DNA of 54,432 bases from IMG/VR virus record IMGVR_UViG_3300027777_000047, positions 1 through 54,432 of that record. The stretch is one strand, 5' to 3'. The first letter of the stretch is position 1. Every line of letters begins with the position of its first letter. This document shows, in pieces, positions 1 through 9,474 of this stretch. The notes below the pieces were generated by a model. That model was not told where the DNA came from. It saw nothing but the letters and a program-made list of their open reading frames with translations, and made no database searches. A program made the translations under genes and the position numbers. This stretch comes from a virus (Duplodnaviria > Caudoviricetes).

Positions 1-619
1 ATCAGTAATGGTGATGTAGCCTGCAACTGCAAGCAAAGCACTTGCCGTGTATGTGCCAAATCTAATTGTTCCTGCCCCCTTAGGCGATAACGACAAAGTA
101 ACGTCTGTGTCTGAACCTTGAGCAGAAATAGCAACTATTTTGCTTGCTGTTGAAGCGCCCGTAATTTGAACGTAATTCACAGCGGAGGCTGTAGCTGAAA
201 TACGCATTTGTTCTGTACCAACAGTACCACTAGTAAAAAACTTAATATATCCAGAAGTTCCTTTTACGCCTATGCCCAACTGTGTATTCGTATCTGTGCC
301 GTTTACAAACAATGTTGGAATTGCAGATGCTCCAGCACCAGTAATAGAACCTTTTGCTTCAAGCCAATTAACCGAACTTGCAAGTGTTAACGCCCTAAAA
401 CTTTCACTACCAGCAGCACCACCCAAAGATGTCTGCCCTGTAGCCGTCAGCGTAGTAAACGTACCCGCAGCAGCCGCAGTGCCACCAATAGCCGGTGGGC
501 TTGCAAGATAAGTGCTAAATCCTGTACCACTAACCGTGGATGATGCGCTAAGAGTTGTAAATGCACCTGTGCTTGCCGCCGTAGAGCCAATTGCTGGTGG
601 GCTAGAAAGGTCAAGCGTA
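1..619. repeat. Diverged terminal duplication of 53859-54432 (circular genome with two tail-fibre alleles)
   Basis: 1-75 is identical to 53859-53933 and 521-619 is identical to 54334-54432; the intervening segments (445 vs 400 bp) differ. Confidence 0.95.
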
Positions 620-1281
620 CCGCCAAGGGTAACAGTGCCAGAGGCTGTAATTGGGCCACCAGTCAACGTAAGTCCGTTTACCGTGCCTGCGGTAGCGACT
701 GATGTAACCGTACCCGAACCTTTATTATTAAAAGTAGTCCAATCCGCAGCACTCAACGCGCCACGATTGGTGGCAGATGCTGTAGGCACATTCAACGTAA
801 TGACTGGCGTTGTAGTGCTATTTGCAACTGTAGAACTTAGGTCGGTGCCGGTAGTTCCAAGTGTCAAAGCAGCTACGCTGGTAACCGTACCTGACCCTTT
901 GTTGTTAAAGGTAGTCCAGTCAGTTGATGTCAAGTAACCGTTTACGCTGCTGCTGGCCGCAGGAATGCTGAGATTGGGAGTTGTTCCGCCAGACGATACA
1001 AGAGGTGCTGCCCCACTTACCGACGTAACTTTGTTGTTAAATGTAGTCCAGTCCGTATAGGACAAGTAGCCGTTTACACCAGCGTTGGCTTTGGGTATGC
1101 CTATTGCCGGAGTAGTGCCGCCCGTAGACGTTATGGGCGCTGTGCCAGTAACATCACTAACCGTAGTTAGCGAGGTGGCAACTATGTTGAATTGTGAAAG
1201 CCACAGCCGCCACGGCATACTAAAAAGGCCATTGTTGGTCTTATCTAGTACAGGTTGGTCAACTGGGGGGTTAGTTATCAT
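1..1281 (-). CDS. Tail fibre protein, allele A (runs off the left end; the last 11 codons are represented at 53823-53858)
   Basis: Not in the ORF track. ATG at 1281 overlaps the upstream TGA (ATGA). Frame is open to position 1: MITNPPVDQPVLDKTNNGLFSMPWRLWLSQF..., Thr/Gly/Ser-rich, three DWTTFNNK repeats, ending ...AVAGYITITD. Lies directly after the gp10-like gene. Confidence 0.85.
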   Translation of the reverse strand, partial: MITNPPVDQPVLDKTNNGLFSMPWRLWLSQFNIVATSLTTVSDVTGTAPITSTGGTTPAIGIPKANAGVNGYLSYTDWTTFNNKVTSVSGAAPLVSSGGTTPNLSIPAASSSVNGYLTSTDWTTFNNKGSGTVTSVAALTLGTTGTDLSSTVANSTTTPVITLNVPTASATNRGALSAADWTTFNNKGSGTVTSVATAGTVNGLTLTGGPITASGTVTLGGTLDLSSPPAIGSTAASTGAFTTLSASSTVSGTGFSTYLASPPAIGGTAAAAGTFTTLTATGQTSLGGAAGSESFRALTLASSVNWLEAKGSITGAGASAIPTLFVNGTDTNTQLGIGVKGTSGYIKFFTSGTVGTEQMRISATASAVNYVQITGASTASKIVAISAQGSDTDVTLSLSPKGAGTIRFGTYTASALLAVAGYITITD

Positions 1282-2696
1282 TTTGCGGTCGCCATTTCAA
1301 TTTCAGACCCAACAATCGTAAACGGTATGGGGTCTGTCATTGTAAAGCGCAGCACAAAGTCACGGGCACTGCCTAGGCGGTCCCATTTAACGCGGGGCGT
1401 GGGGTGCTGGCCTACAAGTCCAACGGTGCGTACACGGGGGCTACCGTAGGTAAAGCCACCGTCCCTAGACACCTCCATAGTGATGTTGTAGCTAACGCTT
1501 TGGGGCACTATGCCCGTGTCCATGAGCAAAGATAGCTCGGTAATGGCAAACTCGTCACCCCCGTTGCGCAAATGCTTAGTTGTGACTTGGTTAACGCTAG
1601 GGCCGTAGGTGTCGGCATAGGTAAACTCGTCCATCACATATAGGTCTCCGTCTTGGAACCCATAAAAGACTACGTTGTTGTTAAACGGAGCACCCTGCTT
1701 TGCTTGATGCCACTGCCACACGGTGCCACTTGTGCGCCGACCCCATAGGCCAGCAGTAGCATCATATACCAGCGTAGATACCTCATTTAACGTAAGTTGA
1801 TAAAAGTCATGTCCATGGGCCGAATACGCAATAGCGGCCATGGTGCTAATGTCGTAAGTTTCGGCTAAGGTGTTGATTACATCCTCTACCTCGGGGGTGC
1901 TTATGCGCTTAGGCGTGTATCCATTAAGGCTATACACCGCCCTGCTGCCTTGCGCCGTAGACCCTAGGAACAACAAGTTGGCCCCCACCGTAGCCAAGCT
2001 AACTATGGACACTAAACCTATTACTTGCGTCGTACCCGAAATTAACTGGAACGGCTGCGGACTCAGCCCCGCGTCTTGCCAAAATTCCATGGTGCGGGTG
2101 CCAAACAGCACAAGCACACCATTCAAGTTTTCTACTGCTAGTAGGGCATCACTATACTGTTCTTTAGTGCCGTATATGGGCAACGATAAATAAGTCCAGT
2201 TTAGGCCGTCAAGCGCAGCGCTCTCGTAAAACTCACGGGTGCCGGGCTTTTCTACTACAAAGCGGCCACTTAAAAACGTAACGGTAGTGGCGGTTTGTGG
2301 AAAGTGTGAGTCCGTAATAGCGGTCAACACGTTAGTGGCTATTGTGTACACATAGCCTACCACGCCGGTTACAATAATCACTTGTACGTAGTTGTCCGAC
2401 ATCATCGCGCCGCCAGTGGCGTTTACCGTGCCAAGATTTGTAACCACACCGGCTGTGGTTATAGAATACAGATTGGACACAGTTACCGCATACAGTGTAT
2501 CCCCCACGGTGCGTAGTGCCTGTACGGGCGTGGTGGGCAGCGTAATCCACCGATAGTTACCCGGCATGCCTCGCACAATAATAGTGGTGCGGTCGTCATT
2601 CTGTTTTACTTCGTAAAAGCAATTAAGCCGGTCCTCGGAGGACATGGTCTCGGATATGCCATGCAGCCCCGTACCGAATAGCGAAATTGCTCTCAT
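1278..2696 (-). CDS. Packaged DNA stabilization / tail hub protein (P22 gp10-like)
   Basis: About 472 aa beta-rich protein with gp10-family motifs (FGTRTMEFW, YSAHGHDFYQL, SRDGGFTYG, WDRLGSARDFV); follows the adaptor gene. Probable start is MRAISLF at 2696. Confidence 0.85.
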   Translation of the reverse strand: MRAISLFGTGLHGISETMSSEDRLNCFYEVKQNDDRTTIIVRGMPGNYRWITLPTTPVQALRTVGDTLYAVTVSNLYSITTAGVVTNLGTVNATGGAMMSDNYVQVIIVTGVVGYVYTIATNVLTAITDSHFPQTATTVTFLSGRFVVEKPGTREFYESAALDGLNWTYLSLPIYGTKEQYSDALLAVENLNGVLVLFGTRTMEFWQDAGLSPQPFQLISGTTQVIGLVSIVSLATVGANLLFLGSTAQGSRAVYSLNGYTPKRISTPEVEDVINTLAETYDISTMAAIAYSAHGHDFYQLTLNEVSTLVYDATAGLWGRRTSGTVWQWHQAKQGAPFNNNVVFYGFQDGDLYVMDEFTYADTYGPSVNQVTTKHLRNGGDEFAITELSLLMDTGIVPQSVSYNITMEVSRDGGFTYGSPRVRTVGLVGQHPTPRVKWDRLGSARDFVLRFTMTDPIPFTIVGSEIEMATAK

Positions 2697-2697
2697 A

Positions 2698-3651
2698 TTA
2701 GTCTTGTCCGGGTGCGAAGTACCGAGTTTCCACTTCTGGGTCTTTTTCTCTAGCAATGGCTAGCGAGGACGTAAACAAGTCCTCCATCAATGGAGACCAA
2801 GGTGCGTTGAACATGGGCGCGCACTCTTTGGACAAGCCCCAGCACAGTGGGCGATACCATTCTTGCGGATAGTAAGGGGTGTCGGTGCCGTTAACAAAGT
2901 CTTGCACGGGCTGCATGTAGGTAAGCACTAGGTGCTTGCTAACGTCGTTACTACCGGCAACATCGGTGTACAGGTAGCTGGACCCAAGTTGATTTTCGTA
3001 ATAAATAGCGGTGGGGTCGCCGTAGTTGCTAGGGCTTACCTTATTGGGCAAAAAGTCATAGTCACGGGATTGCATTATATTCATCGGCGTGTCATTGTAT
3101 TGCGCATCACGCAACACAGCGGCCTCTATGTTTAAAGGCTGCTGCGGCGTGGTTGTGTAGTTGAATATGGTGCTGCCACTTGCCGCTGAGCTAGGTATGC
3201 CCGCAGTGAGCGTAACTAGACCAGTGATTACAGTTAAAGCAACGCCCCAGTATAGGTCTCCAGTATCAAGTGCAACCCCTATGTTGTCGCCTACGGAAAT
3301 TCCTGTGCTGCTTGCTACGGGTAGCGCGGCAGCAAGTGCGGCCACGCTAGCCGTGGTAGTGGTTTGCTGGTAGCTGGTGGCCCAGCCCGTAGCCGTGGGG
3401 CCCACAGTGTACTGCCCCGTAAACGCGTGCAAGAATAGGTGTCCCCGTTTGCGCGTCCATACCTTAAGACCGGGAGCAAAGTCGGTTTTACCCATCCACT
3501 GCTTACACAGCAGGTTGAGCTTACGGACACAGTCGTTCATCACAACGGAGTCTATCGGGTCAATACCATCAATTTTTTTGATGTTAAGCAGTGACTCCCG
3601 TACGATGTCGTCCCGCGTTACGTAGAATGAATAGCTGCCTGATGTGGTCAT
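2698..3651 (-). CDS. Head-tail adaptor / tail tubular protein (gp4/gp11-like)
   Basis: Starts MTTSGSYSFYVTRDDIVRESL; contains PQEWYRPLCWGL; position just upstream of the gp10-like gene. Confidence 0.7.
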   Translation of the reverse strand: MTTSGSYSFYVTRDDIVRESLLNIKKIDGIDPIDSVVMNDCVRKLNLLCKQWMGKTDFAPGLKVWTRKRGHLFLHAFTGQYTVGPTATGWATSYQQTTTTASVAALAAALPVASSTGISVGDNIGVALDTGDLYWGVALTVITGLVTLTAGIPSSAASGSTIFNYTTTPQQPLNIEAAVLRDAQYNDTPMNIMQSRDYDFLPNKVSPSNYGDPTAIYYENQLGSSYLYTDVAGSNDVSKHLVLTYMQPVQDFVNGTDTPYYPQEWYRPLCWGLSKECAPMFNAPWSPLMEDLFTSSLAIAREKDPEVETRYFAPGQD

Positions 3652-5228
3652 GCCACGTCCTTCCATTCGTTACCAAAGGCACGGTCAATGTACTGCGCAA
3701 GGTGGAAGTACACTTCCTCTTTGCTAATGTCCACTTGACATTGCGCGGTGCCGGTTTCTTCGTCCTTGGCGCATTGTGTCCAGCCGTAGTGTAACAGGTG
3801 GCAGGCGGGGGCTTCGTCGTCGCCACGGCCCGGGCATTTAGTGCCTTTGCTCTGCAAAGCAACGGTCTCTACCCAGTCGCGAGTCAAGTTTTCTGCGCTC
3901 GAGTGGCTGAGGAATATTACCTTGGGCATGGGTTCGTTAGCTACGGCGTTAAGCACACCGGTCTCGGGGCCAATAACAAGGTCGGCAACTTGGGCAAAGG
4001 CAAGGGTCTGGCGTATGGCCCATTTACCACAAGTGGCCGTAACGCGCGGTTCTTTATCCCATCCAGCCTCTAAAATCTGTGCCTCTGGCCCACCACACAG
4101 CACTACATCTACGTCTTTGTAGTTTACCATTAAGGCGGCAATAATGGCGTCTAAGCCCGCCCACGTTTTGTGTACACTACTGCCGGACAATGACCACAGC
4201 ACCACAAACTTACCCATGCGAGCGCGTTGTTTGCGAGCCCATGCTTTTTCTTCCAACGTGGGGAAAAACTTAATCTGTGGGTCGTGTGGGACGCGCGCAA
4301 TAGCGTGTTGGTGCTCAACGTAGTTGAAATTCATCAGTTTATGGCGCTGCGCAGGGGTCCAAAACTTGGCGGCTGTGCGCCCCGGCATCGCCAAAAAGGT
4401 GCCCTCTACGGCCTCCGATAGGTTGACAAACTTGTCGTACTTTTTGGCCTGCCAGTCCCAAAAACTGCCTAAGTCTGAGTTGGGTATTTGGTCTTTACCC
4501 AGTACCATGTGCACGTCAATGTTAGGGTCCTCAGTGACAATGCTGCTGCCGGGTAGGCTAGTCATCAAGGTAACGTGGTAGCCTTGTTTCTTTAACCCAG
4601 CCCACACGCTGGAGGACTGCATAAGGTCGCCAAAAGCACCAAAGCGGCAGACCAGTACGGTTTTGGCAGGGCGTGAATTACCCCAAGACTGGAGATGCTT
4701 GCGGCCTTGAATTTTTTTGAATACCAGCAACATACTACACTCGGTGCCACCGTTGCGCACTTGGTTCTCAAGTAAGTCCCAACCCCAGTGCTTCTCCATC
4801 TCTTTGATGATATCCTCGGGTAGAAAGTCATGCTTGTGGTCGGGGTTTGCGCCCTCGGTGCCTACGTGGGGGTACAAGTCTGCGTGCGGCAAGTACAGCG
4901 CTAAATGTCCGTCCATGCGCAAAATACGCCACCATTCGGCTAGGGCGGCTTGCCAATTTTCAATGTGTTCGAGCAAATGGCTGCTATACACAAAGTCCAT
5001 GCTGTTGCTAGCCAGCATGTCCATCTTTTCGCAAGTCTCTACGCGCAAGTCTGGGTGTGCGTATTGGTTAAACTGCTCGTGGTTGCCGTTGTCAACACTT
5101 ATGGCTTGCGGCAGCACTTTAAACAAGCCTGCACCAAGATCAACCCCACGACCTTTAAGGTAGGGGGCTACCTCCCAAACAATTTTCTTTGTTTCTGGAA
5201 CGTATGAGTCCGTAATGCTCCAGACCAT
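3648..5228 (-). CDS. Class I SAM methyltransferase fused to a GT9 (heptosyltransferase-like) glycosyltransferase
   Basis: N-terminal DLGAG and VYSSHLLEH...EWWRIL (Methyltransf_11-like); C-terminal RFGAFGDL, SVHKTW and LVIGPETGVLNAVA (GT9-like). Confidence 0.85.
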   Translation of the reverse strand: MVWSITDSYVPETKKIVWEVAPYLKGRGVDLGAGLFKVLPQAISVDNGNHEQFNQYAHPDLRVETCEKMDMLASNSMDFVYSSHLLEHIENWQAALAEWWRILRMDGHLALYLPHADLYPHVGTEGANPDHKHDFLPEDIIKEMEKHWGWDLLENQVRNGGTECSMLLVFKKIQGRKHLQSWGNSRPAKTVLVCRFGAFGDLMQSSSVWAGLKKQGYHVTLMTSLPGSSIVTEDPNIDVHMVLGKDQIPNSDLGSFWDWQAKKYDKFVNLSEAVEGTFLAMPGRTAAKFWTPAQRHKLMNFNYVEHQHAIARVPHDPQIKFFPTLEEKAWARKQRARMGKFVVLWSLSGSSVHKTWAGLDAIIAALMVNYKDVDVVLCGGPEAQILEAGWDKEPRVTATCGKWAIRQTLAFAQVADLVIGPETGVLNAVANEPMPKVIFLSHSSAENLTRDWVETVALQSKGTKCPGRGDDEAPACHLLHYGWTQCAKDEETGTAQCQVDISKEEVYFHLAQYIDRAFGNEWKDVA

Positions 5229-5229
5229 G

Positions 5230-5598
5230 TTAAGCTCCCACGGAGATAGACTCCGGCAGCTTCCACATCTCTAAGTTCTTTTGCGTGAACTTAACAATTC
5301 CCAATATAAGGGCGGCGTCACGCACGTTGTTCCATACTTGGTTGTTGTTCTCAACCTCTTTGTAAATTACGCTTTTGCTCAATGGATTTTGGCTTAGTAT
5401 ATTCACCAAAAAAGTCTTAGCACTGTCTAGCGCGTCAAGCTCCCCGGTGAGTCCAACTAGGCTGACCTCTTTTTCCTTGGGTGGGGCAATTAGTCGATAC
5501 TGAGCATCGAACATTTTGCCATCTTGGTCGTACTTGGCACGGTCGTGCCCGTAAATAACCCCGTAAGGTTGTTTGAGGTTCAGCGTAATTGATGGCAT
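5230..5598 (-). CDS. Hypothetical protein (122 aa)
   Basis: ORF with AGGAG RBS, in the structural operon. Confidence 0.75.
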   Translation of the reverse strand: MPSITLNLKQPYGVIYGHDRAKYDQDGKMFDAQYRLIAPPKEKEVSLVGLTGELDALDSAKTFLVNILSQNPLSKSVIYKEVENNNQVWNNVRDAALILGIVKFTQKNLEMWKLPESISVGA

Positions 5599-5611
5599 GC
5601 GTTCTCCTAGT

Positions 5612-5746
5612 TTACTGTATCAAAGCATATCCGTCTTCTTGAAGCAGAATTCCTCCGTCTTCAACAAGAATGTAGTAGTCAATTACTGGGTGTGGCGCTG
5701 GCACTGCCGACAACGTACCCAGCATACCTACCATAAAGCCCAACAT
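5612..5746 (-). CDS. Small virion-associated protein (44 aa)
   Basis: Manually translated: MLGFMVGMLGTLSAVPAPHPVIDYYILVEDGGILLQEDGYALIQ; fills the gap between neighbouring genes and has an LxEDG repeat typical of phage structural modules. Confidence 0.65.
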   Translation of the reverse strand: MLGFMVGMLGTLSAVPAPHPVIDYYILVEDGGILLQEDGYALIQ

Positions 5747-5748
5747 GG

Positions 5749-6057
5749 CTACACCCCAGCAATAGCAGCCACCTTAAAGCCGAGGCCGGGGGTGACTGTA
5801 AAGTATTCAGTTTGGTCAGCGGCTAACCGCATGTTAGCCGTGGTAGCCGTGGGGTTAGCGCCCATTAAAATGTTGCACACCGCATTAGCCTGTAGTCTGA
5901 CCAGTGTGGTAGCCGCATTAAGTGCGTTAGAACTAGTAGAACTACCCGAGAGCGTAACCGTCTGCTCCGCAGTGGCGGGTTGGTTCGCTGCGGGCACGAT
6001 TAAACTAGCCGTGTCGCGCCCAAGCCCGGTAAATTCAGTAATAAATAAAGTAGTCAT
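5749..6057 (-). CDS. Putative virion structural protein (102 aa)
   Basis: Beta-rich, Thr/Ala-rich ORF in the head/tail operon. Confidence 0.7.
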   Translation of the reverse strand: MTTLFITEFTGLGRDTASLIVPAANQPATAEQTVTLSGSSTSSNALNAATTLVRLQANAVCNILMGANPTATTANMRLAADQTEYFTVTPGLGFKVAAIAGV

Positions 6058-6059
6058 GG

Positions 6060-6398
6060 CTATTCGCGATCAAGGTAATTATTACGCTCAACAAACCCGC
6101 CAGCATCGCCGTAAAAATGATCAATATGCTCACCAGTGTACTGGTCGTCGCAGCCTTTCATCTCTACCTTTTCAAAGCCCTTCATAAGGCTCTCGGGTTT
6201 AACTTGCCCACCGCTAATGTCCGTACTGCCGGACAATACTAACGGCATGCCACAAGTCCCCTCAGAATTTAAATCCGGAATAACATTGAACTTGCCCATA
6301 GGTATAGGCTTGCTAATGTGGGTAGGTAGCACCCATGGTTCTTCTGCCTCATCACGGGCAGGTACAGTAATTTGAAATTTTTCTTGCAATGGATGCAT
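6060..6398 (-). CDS. Hypothetical protein (112 aa)
   Basis: ORF with GGAG RBS, co-oriented with structural genes. Confidence 0.7.
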   Translation of the reverse strand: MHPLQEKFQITVPARDEAEEPWVLPTHISKPIPMGKFNVIPDLNSEGTCGMPLVLSGSTDISGGQVKPESLMKGFEKVEMKGCDDQYTGEHIDHFYGDAGGFVERNNYLDRE

Positions 6399-6431
6399 GA
6401 CTATTACTCCGTTTATTCAAGCTGCTCGTAA

Positions 6432-6460
6432 GTAGGGGCCCCTTTGTAGGAGGCCCCTAC
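6432..6460 (-). terminator. Stem-loop after the capsid-region genes, probable terminator or processing site
   Basis: GTAGGGGCC...GGCCCCTAC 9-bp perfect stem just downstream of the 6464-6889 stop; weak U-tract. Confidence 0.55.
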
Positions 6461-6463
6461 GCC

Positions 6464-6889
6464 TTACTCCTTAACGTCGCGAGGTTTAGGCATCCAACCA
6501 TCACCGGGATAGCTCTCGCCGCCCATGTAGCTGTGCATAGACATTTGGTTAATCTCGGCGTTTTGTTGGTTGTTAATATCCATGCCCGGGGGCAGGAAAT
6601 TGAACTTGGCAGCTTCACCGTAAGGTGTGCGGCTCTTATCCAAGTAACCGTCGGTGATAAAACCAGACATTTCTCCAATGTCGTTGTACAGGCCGTCAAG
6701 GCCAGCGATCTTAGCAGGTGCACCCATGTTCATGGGGTCTGCAAAGGCTTGCTTGTCCAGGCCACTCAGTTGCCCATCGTACACAGCAGGACGGTTAGGT
6801 GTCGTAGCCATGCGCGTGGGTGCAACTTTATTAACCGGCATCTCACGATTTCCGGAATATTGTTTTTTGGTTGAGGTGTTTCCAGCCAT
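6464..6889 (-). CDS. Hypothetical protein (141 aa)
   Basis: ORF with AGGAG RBS downstream of the capsid genes. Confidence 0.75.
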   Translation of the reverse strand: MAGNTSTKKQYSGNREMPVNKVAPTRMATTPNRPAVYDGQLSGLDKQAFADPMNMGAPAKIAGLDGLYNDIGEMSGFITDGYLDKSRTPYGEAAKFNFLPPGMDINNQQNAEINQMSMHSYMGGESYPGDGWMPKPRDVKE

Positions 6890-6900
6890 AATATTGCTCC

Positions 6901-7431
6901 TTAAAGAGTTACGTTGGACAACGGACTAACACCATACTCAATCGCGTAGGCAGCGACCGCCGTAGCGTCCGTACCACGCACAATGTGCACTGTGTCGCCT
7001 TGGTTGACCGTAAAGCCGCCGTTAACAGCGGGTGCAGCAGCGCCCGTAGCCGTACCCAGCGCCACGTACACGCCAGCGCCCGCTACGGTGGTTTGCGTGC
7101 CCGTGGCAGTACCGTTAAACAAGCCCAAGGTGTAGGGCCCGTAGGTGCTGGTTGTAAGCGCCGGAGTTGCCCCCATTGCTGCCGAGTTACGCACCACAAT
7201 AGCGGAGAACGAGTCGCCGTTAATGTTGGTGATAGTGCTGGTGCCGTTCCAAGCGGTGTAGGTGCTAGTACCAGCCGTGATTTGCGCGGCTGTGATAGAG
7301 AACACAGTCAACCCCGTAAATGCCACGAACTTACTAAACGCCGTACTTGCGCCTGCTGCATTTTGGCCGAATGCGTGTGCCAACCGAGCCACGTAGGCTG
7401 GGTGGTCGTATGCCATGTTTTTGGTCGTCAT
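6901..7431 (-). CDS. Putative capsid decoration protein (176 aa)
   Basis: Directly after the major capsid gene, AGGAG RBS, Ala/Thr/Gly-rich. Confidence 0.6.
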   Translation of the reverse strand: MTTKNMAYDHPAYVARLAHAFGQNAAGASTAFSKFVAFTGLTVFSITAAQITAGTSTYTAWNGTSTITNINGDSFSAIVVRNSAAMGATPALTTSTYGPYTLGLFNGTATGTQTTVAGAGVYVALGTATGAAAPAVNGGFTVNQGDTVHIVRGTDATAVAAYAIEYGVSPLSNVTL

Positions 7432-7444
7432 AACTCAGTACTCC

Positions 7445-8434
7445 TTAAGCAGCAGAATCCCACTTGACAATGCGAGCATTGGCAGCGAGAGTGTGAACAA
7501 TACCAAAGCCGCCCAGATAGTACCAAGCGACACCTTTACTGCGACCGTAGTCGGATGGGATTTTACCACGCATTTCTTCAGGTACGGCAACAGCCTCGGC
7601 AACGGTGTCGTTACCAAAAGTGAACATCCAGTCTGATTTGCCCGTAACCCAAGGCACCATGTCGCCGCCAGCAGTGCTGCTGATACCCGTAGTACCGTAG
7701 CCCTTAGCAATGTTGGTTTGCTCAACGTAGCGGTTGTTTTCGTAGCGGCCAATTTCACCATTCATGATGAGTTTAAAGCCGGTGTCACTGTACTGGTGGA
7801 TTGTTTCCAAGTTGTTCTTGAAAGTCCGCAGCGTAGTAGGCCATGCCAGCGTGTAGTAGTCGTCGCCCAAATAGGCGGGAATATTACGCTCCTTCATCAA
7901 GTCGGTAAGCGACTTGGCATGTGCGTTGTTGTACGCAATGCTGTTGGTGCCCGTAACGGTGCCGTTGGTGTACAACGTCAAAGCAGCGGTGTCTGTACCA
8001 CTAACCGGAATTACCCGCAACAGCGTTTGGTTGAACTGTGCCCAAGCCAAGCGGTCAAATGTTTTGACTGCGTCGTTTTTCAACACTTTTTGGATCAGCT
8101 CTTGCACTGGGAACTTGGAAAGGTTGTCCAGTTTGCCAGAGTAAGGTACGCTATTGCCAGCTTCGGTCACGGTCAGGGTGCCCTGCGTGATTGTGAAGTT
8201 GGTTTCAGGCATGGTGTTGGTTTCAGTCAACACACCGCCCACAGTGGCTACGTCAGAGAAGACGTCCCAAGTGAACACGTCACCCTTTTTCTTGCCTTGC
8301 TGACTTGCGTCACGCACGTCGGCAAATTGACGAAACTTCACCAACGGTTGTACCGCCATGCGAAGCACATTACTCAACTGGCGGCTATACATGAAGCCTC
8401 CGAGCGAGTTAACTGCCCATACTTGTCCTGCCAT
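7445..8434 (-). CDS. Major capsid protein (N4-gp56-like, HK97 fold)
   Basis: 329 aa after the scaffold gene; motifs GKKKGDVFTWD, MNGEIGRYE, DYGRSKGVAWY; strong AGGAG RBS. Confidence 0.88.
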   Translation of the reverse strand: MAGQVWAVNSLGGFMYSRQLSNVLRMAVQPLVKFRQFADVRDASQQGKKKGDVFTWDVFSDVATVGGVLTETNTMPETNFTITQGTLTVTEAGNSVPYSGKLDNLSKFPVQELIQKVLKNDAVKTFDRLAWAQFNQTLLRVIPVSGTDTAALTLYTNGTVTGTNSIAYNNAHAKSLTDLMKERNIPAYLGDDYYTLAWPTTLRTFKNNLETIHQYSDTGFKLIMNGEIGRYENNRYVEQTNIAKGYGTTGISSTAGGDMVPWVTGKSDWMFTFGNDTVAEAVAVPEEMRGKIPSDYGRSKGVAWYYLGGFGIVHTLAANARIVKWDSAA

Positions 8435-8460
8435 AATAGGCTCCTTTTATGAAAAATTGA

Positions 8461-9474
8461 TTAGCCGCGAGCCCACTGTGGGCCTCCGCGTGCTTTAGCC
8501 ATTGCCGCTATAACAGAGCTAGCAGAATCATCTTCCTCTTCCTGTTGAACAGGTGCCGCCTTTGTACTCGCAACCGAGGGTGCTTTTGGTGCGGCGGCTT
8601 TCGCTGCGCGCTTGGCATCCAAGGACGAGGGGGGTGGTGCAGAGACCGATGGTTTTGCAGACTCGATAAGTTCATCACGCCAAGTACGTACCTCGTCACC
8701 AACCTCTTTGTACCGTTCAACATAGGGGCGCGCGTCACCGCCGCGTACTAGCGCAGCCTCTCGTTCGATCACCATGTTGTACAGTTGGGGGTTGCCTGTA
8801 AGATCTTTATACTCGTCTGCGAACCATGCTAACGCGGTATTGAACCTCAGACGCTCATCGGCTACACGGCCTACGTCCTCCACCGTTAAGGTAGGAGTTT
8901 TGCCCATGTTCTGCAATTTTTCAAGTGCAGCGACTGCCTCTTCTTCCGTGCCCATTTGTATAGCTCGGGCAAGCTGCCGCCTTTCGGCTAACTGTTGGGC
9001 CGCAAGTTCCTCGGTAGAAGGACCTTTTGGCACAACGGGTGCGGGTTGTGGCTCTTGGCGCAGGGCTTCCTTGCGCTGACGAGCCGCGTCTTGTAGGTAT
9101 TCGTCCGCAGCTTCTACTTTCTGGGCACGAATAAGCCAGTCTTCTAGCGGAAGTGTAACGTCTTTGCCGTTAACCTTCCGGGTAATCATTTGGGTGGTGG
9201 GGGCTTCTTCCTCAGCAACCGGCTCTACCGGGGCTTCTGCAGCCTCTTCTTCATCTGTAGTAGGCGCTGCAAACGGTGTGGTAGACCCGTCGTCGTTGAT
9301 GTCTGCTAAATCTTCAGCACGAATGGCATCGTATTGGTCACCAATACTGTTCAGCAAAGCAATGCGGGCGTCGTTGCCGGTGCCTATTGCGTCGCCGCCG
9401 CTAGGGCCACTGCCGCTACCGCCGCCGTCGTCGCCCTCCTCGGCCATTAGTCTAAAGTGTTTCAGTTTCATCAT
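8461..9474 (-). CDS. Capsid scaffolding protein
   Basis: Acidic, helical 337 aa protein between portal and capsid; contains KVNGKDVTLPL; basic C-terminal tip. Confidence 0.75.
   Translation of the reverse strand: MMKLKHFRLMAEEGDDGGGSGSGPSGGDAIGTGNDARIALLNSIGDQYDAIRAEDLADINDDGSTTPFAAPTTDEEEAAEAPVEPVAEEEAPTTQMITRKVNGKDVTLPLEDWLIRAQKVEAADEYLQDAARQRKEALRQEPQPAPVVPKGPSTEELAAQQLAERRQLARAIQMGTEEEAVAALEKLQNMGKTPTLTVEDVGRVADERLRFNTALAWFADEYKDLTGNPQLYNMVIEREAALVRGGDARPYVERYKEVGDEVRTWRDELIESAKPSVSAPPPSSLDAKRAAKAAAPKAPSVASTKAAPVQQEEEDDSASSVIAAMAKARGGPQWARG

Noticed and set aside
1-619. Diversity-generating retroelement (TR/VR pair) explaining the two fibre variants
   Set aside because: Differences are not adenine-specific, are mostly synonymous at the edges and include a non-homologous core; no reverse transcriptase is encoded.
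1-619. True direct terminal repeats of the virion DNA
   Set aside because: The copies differ internally and fall mid-gene, which fits an assembly break at a variable locus better.
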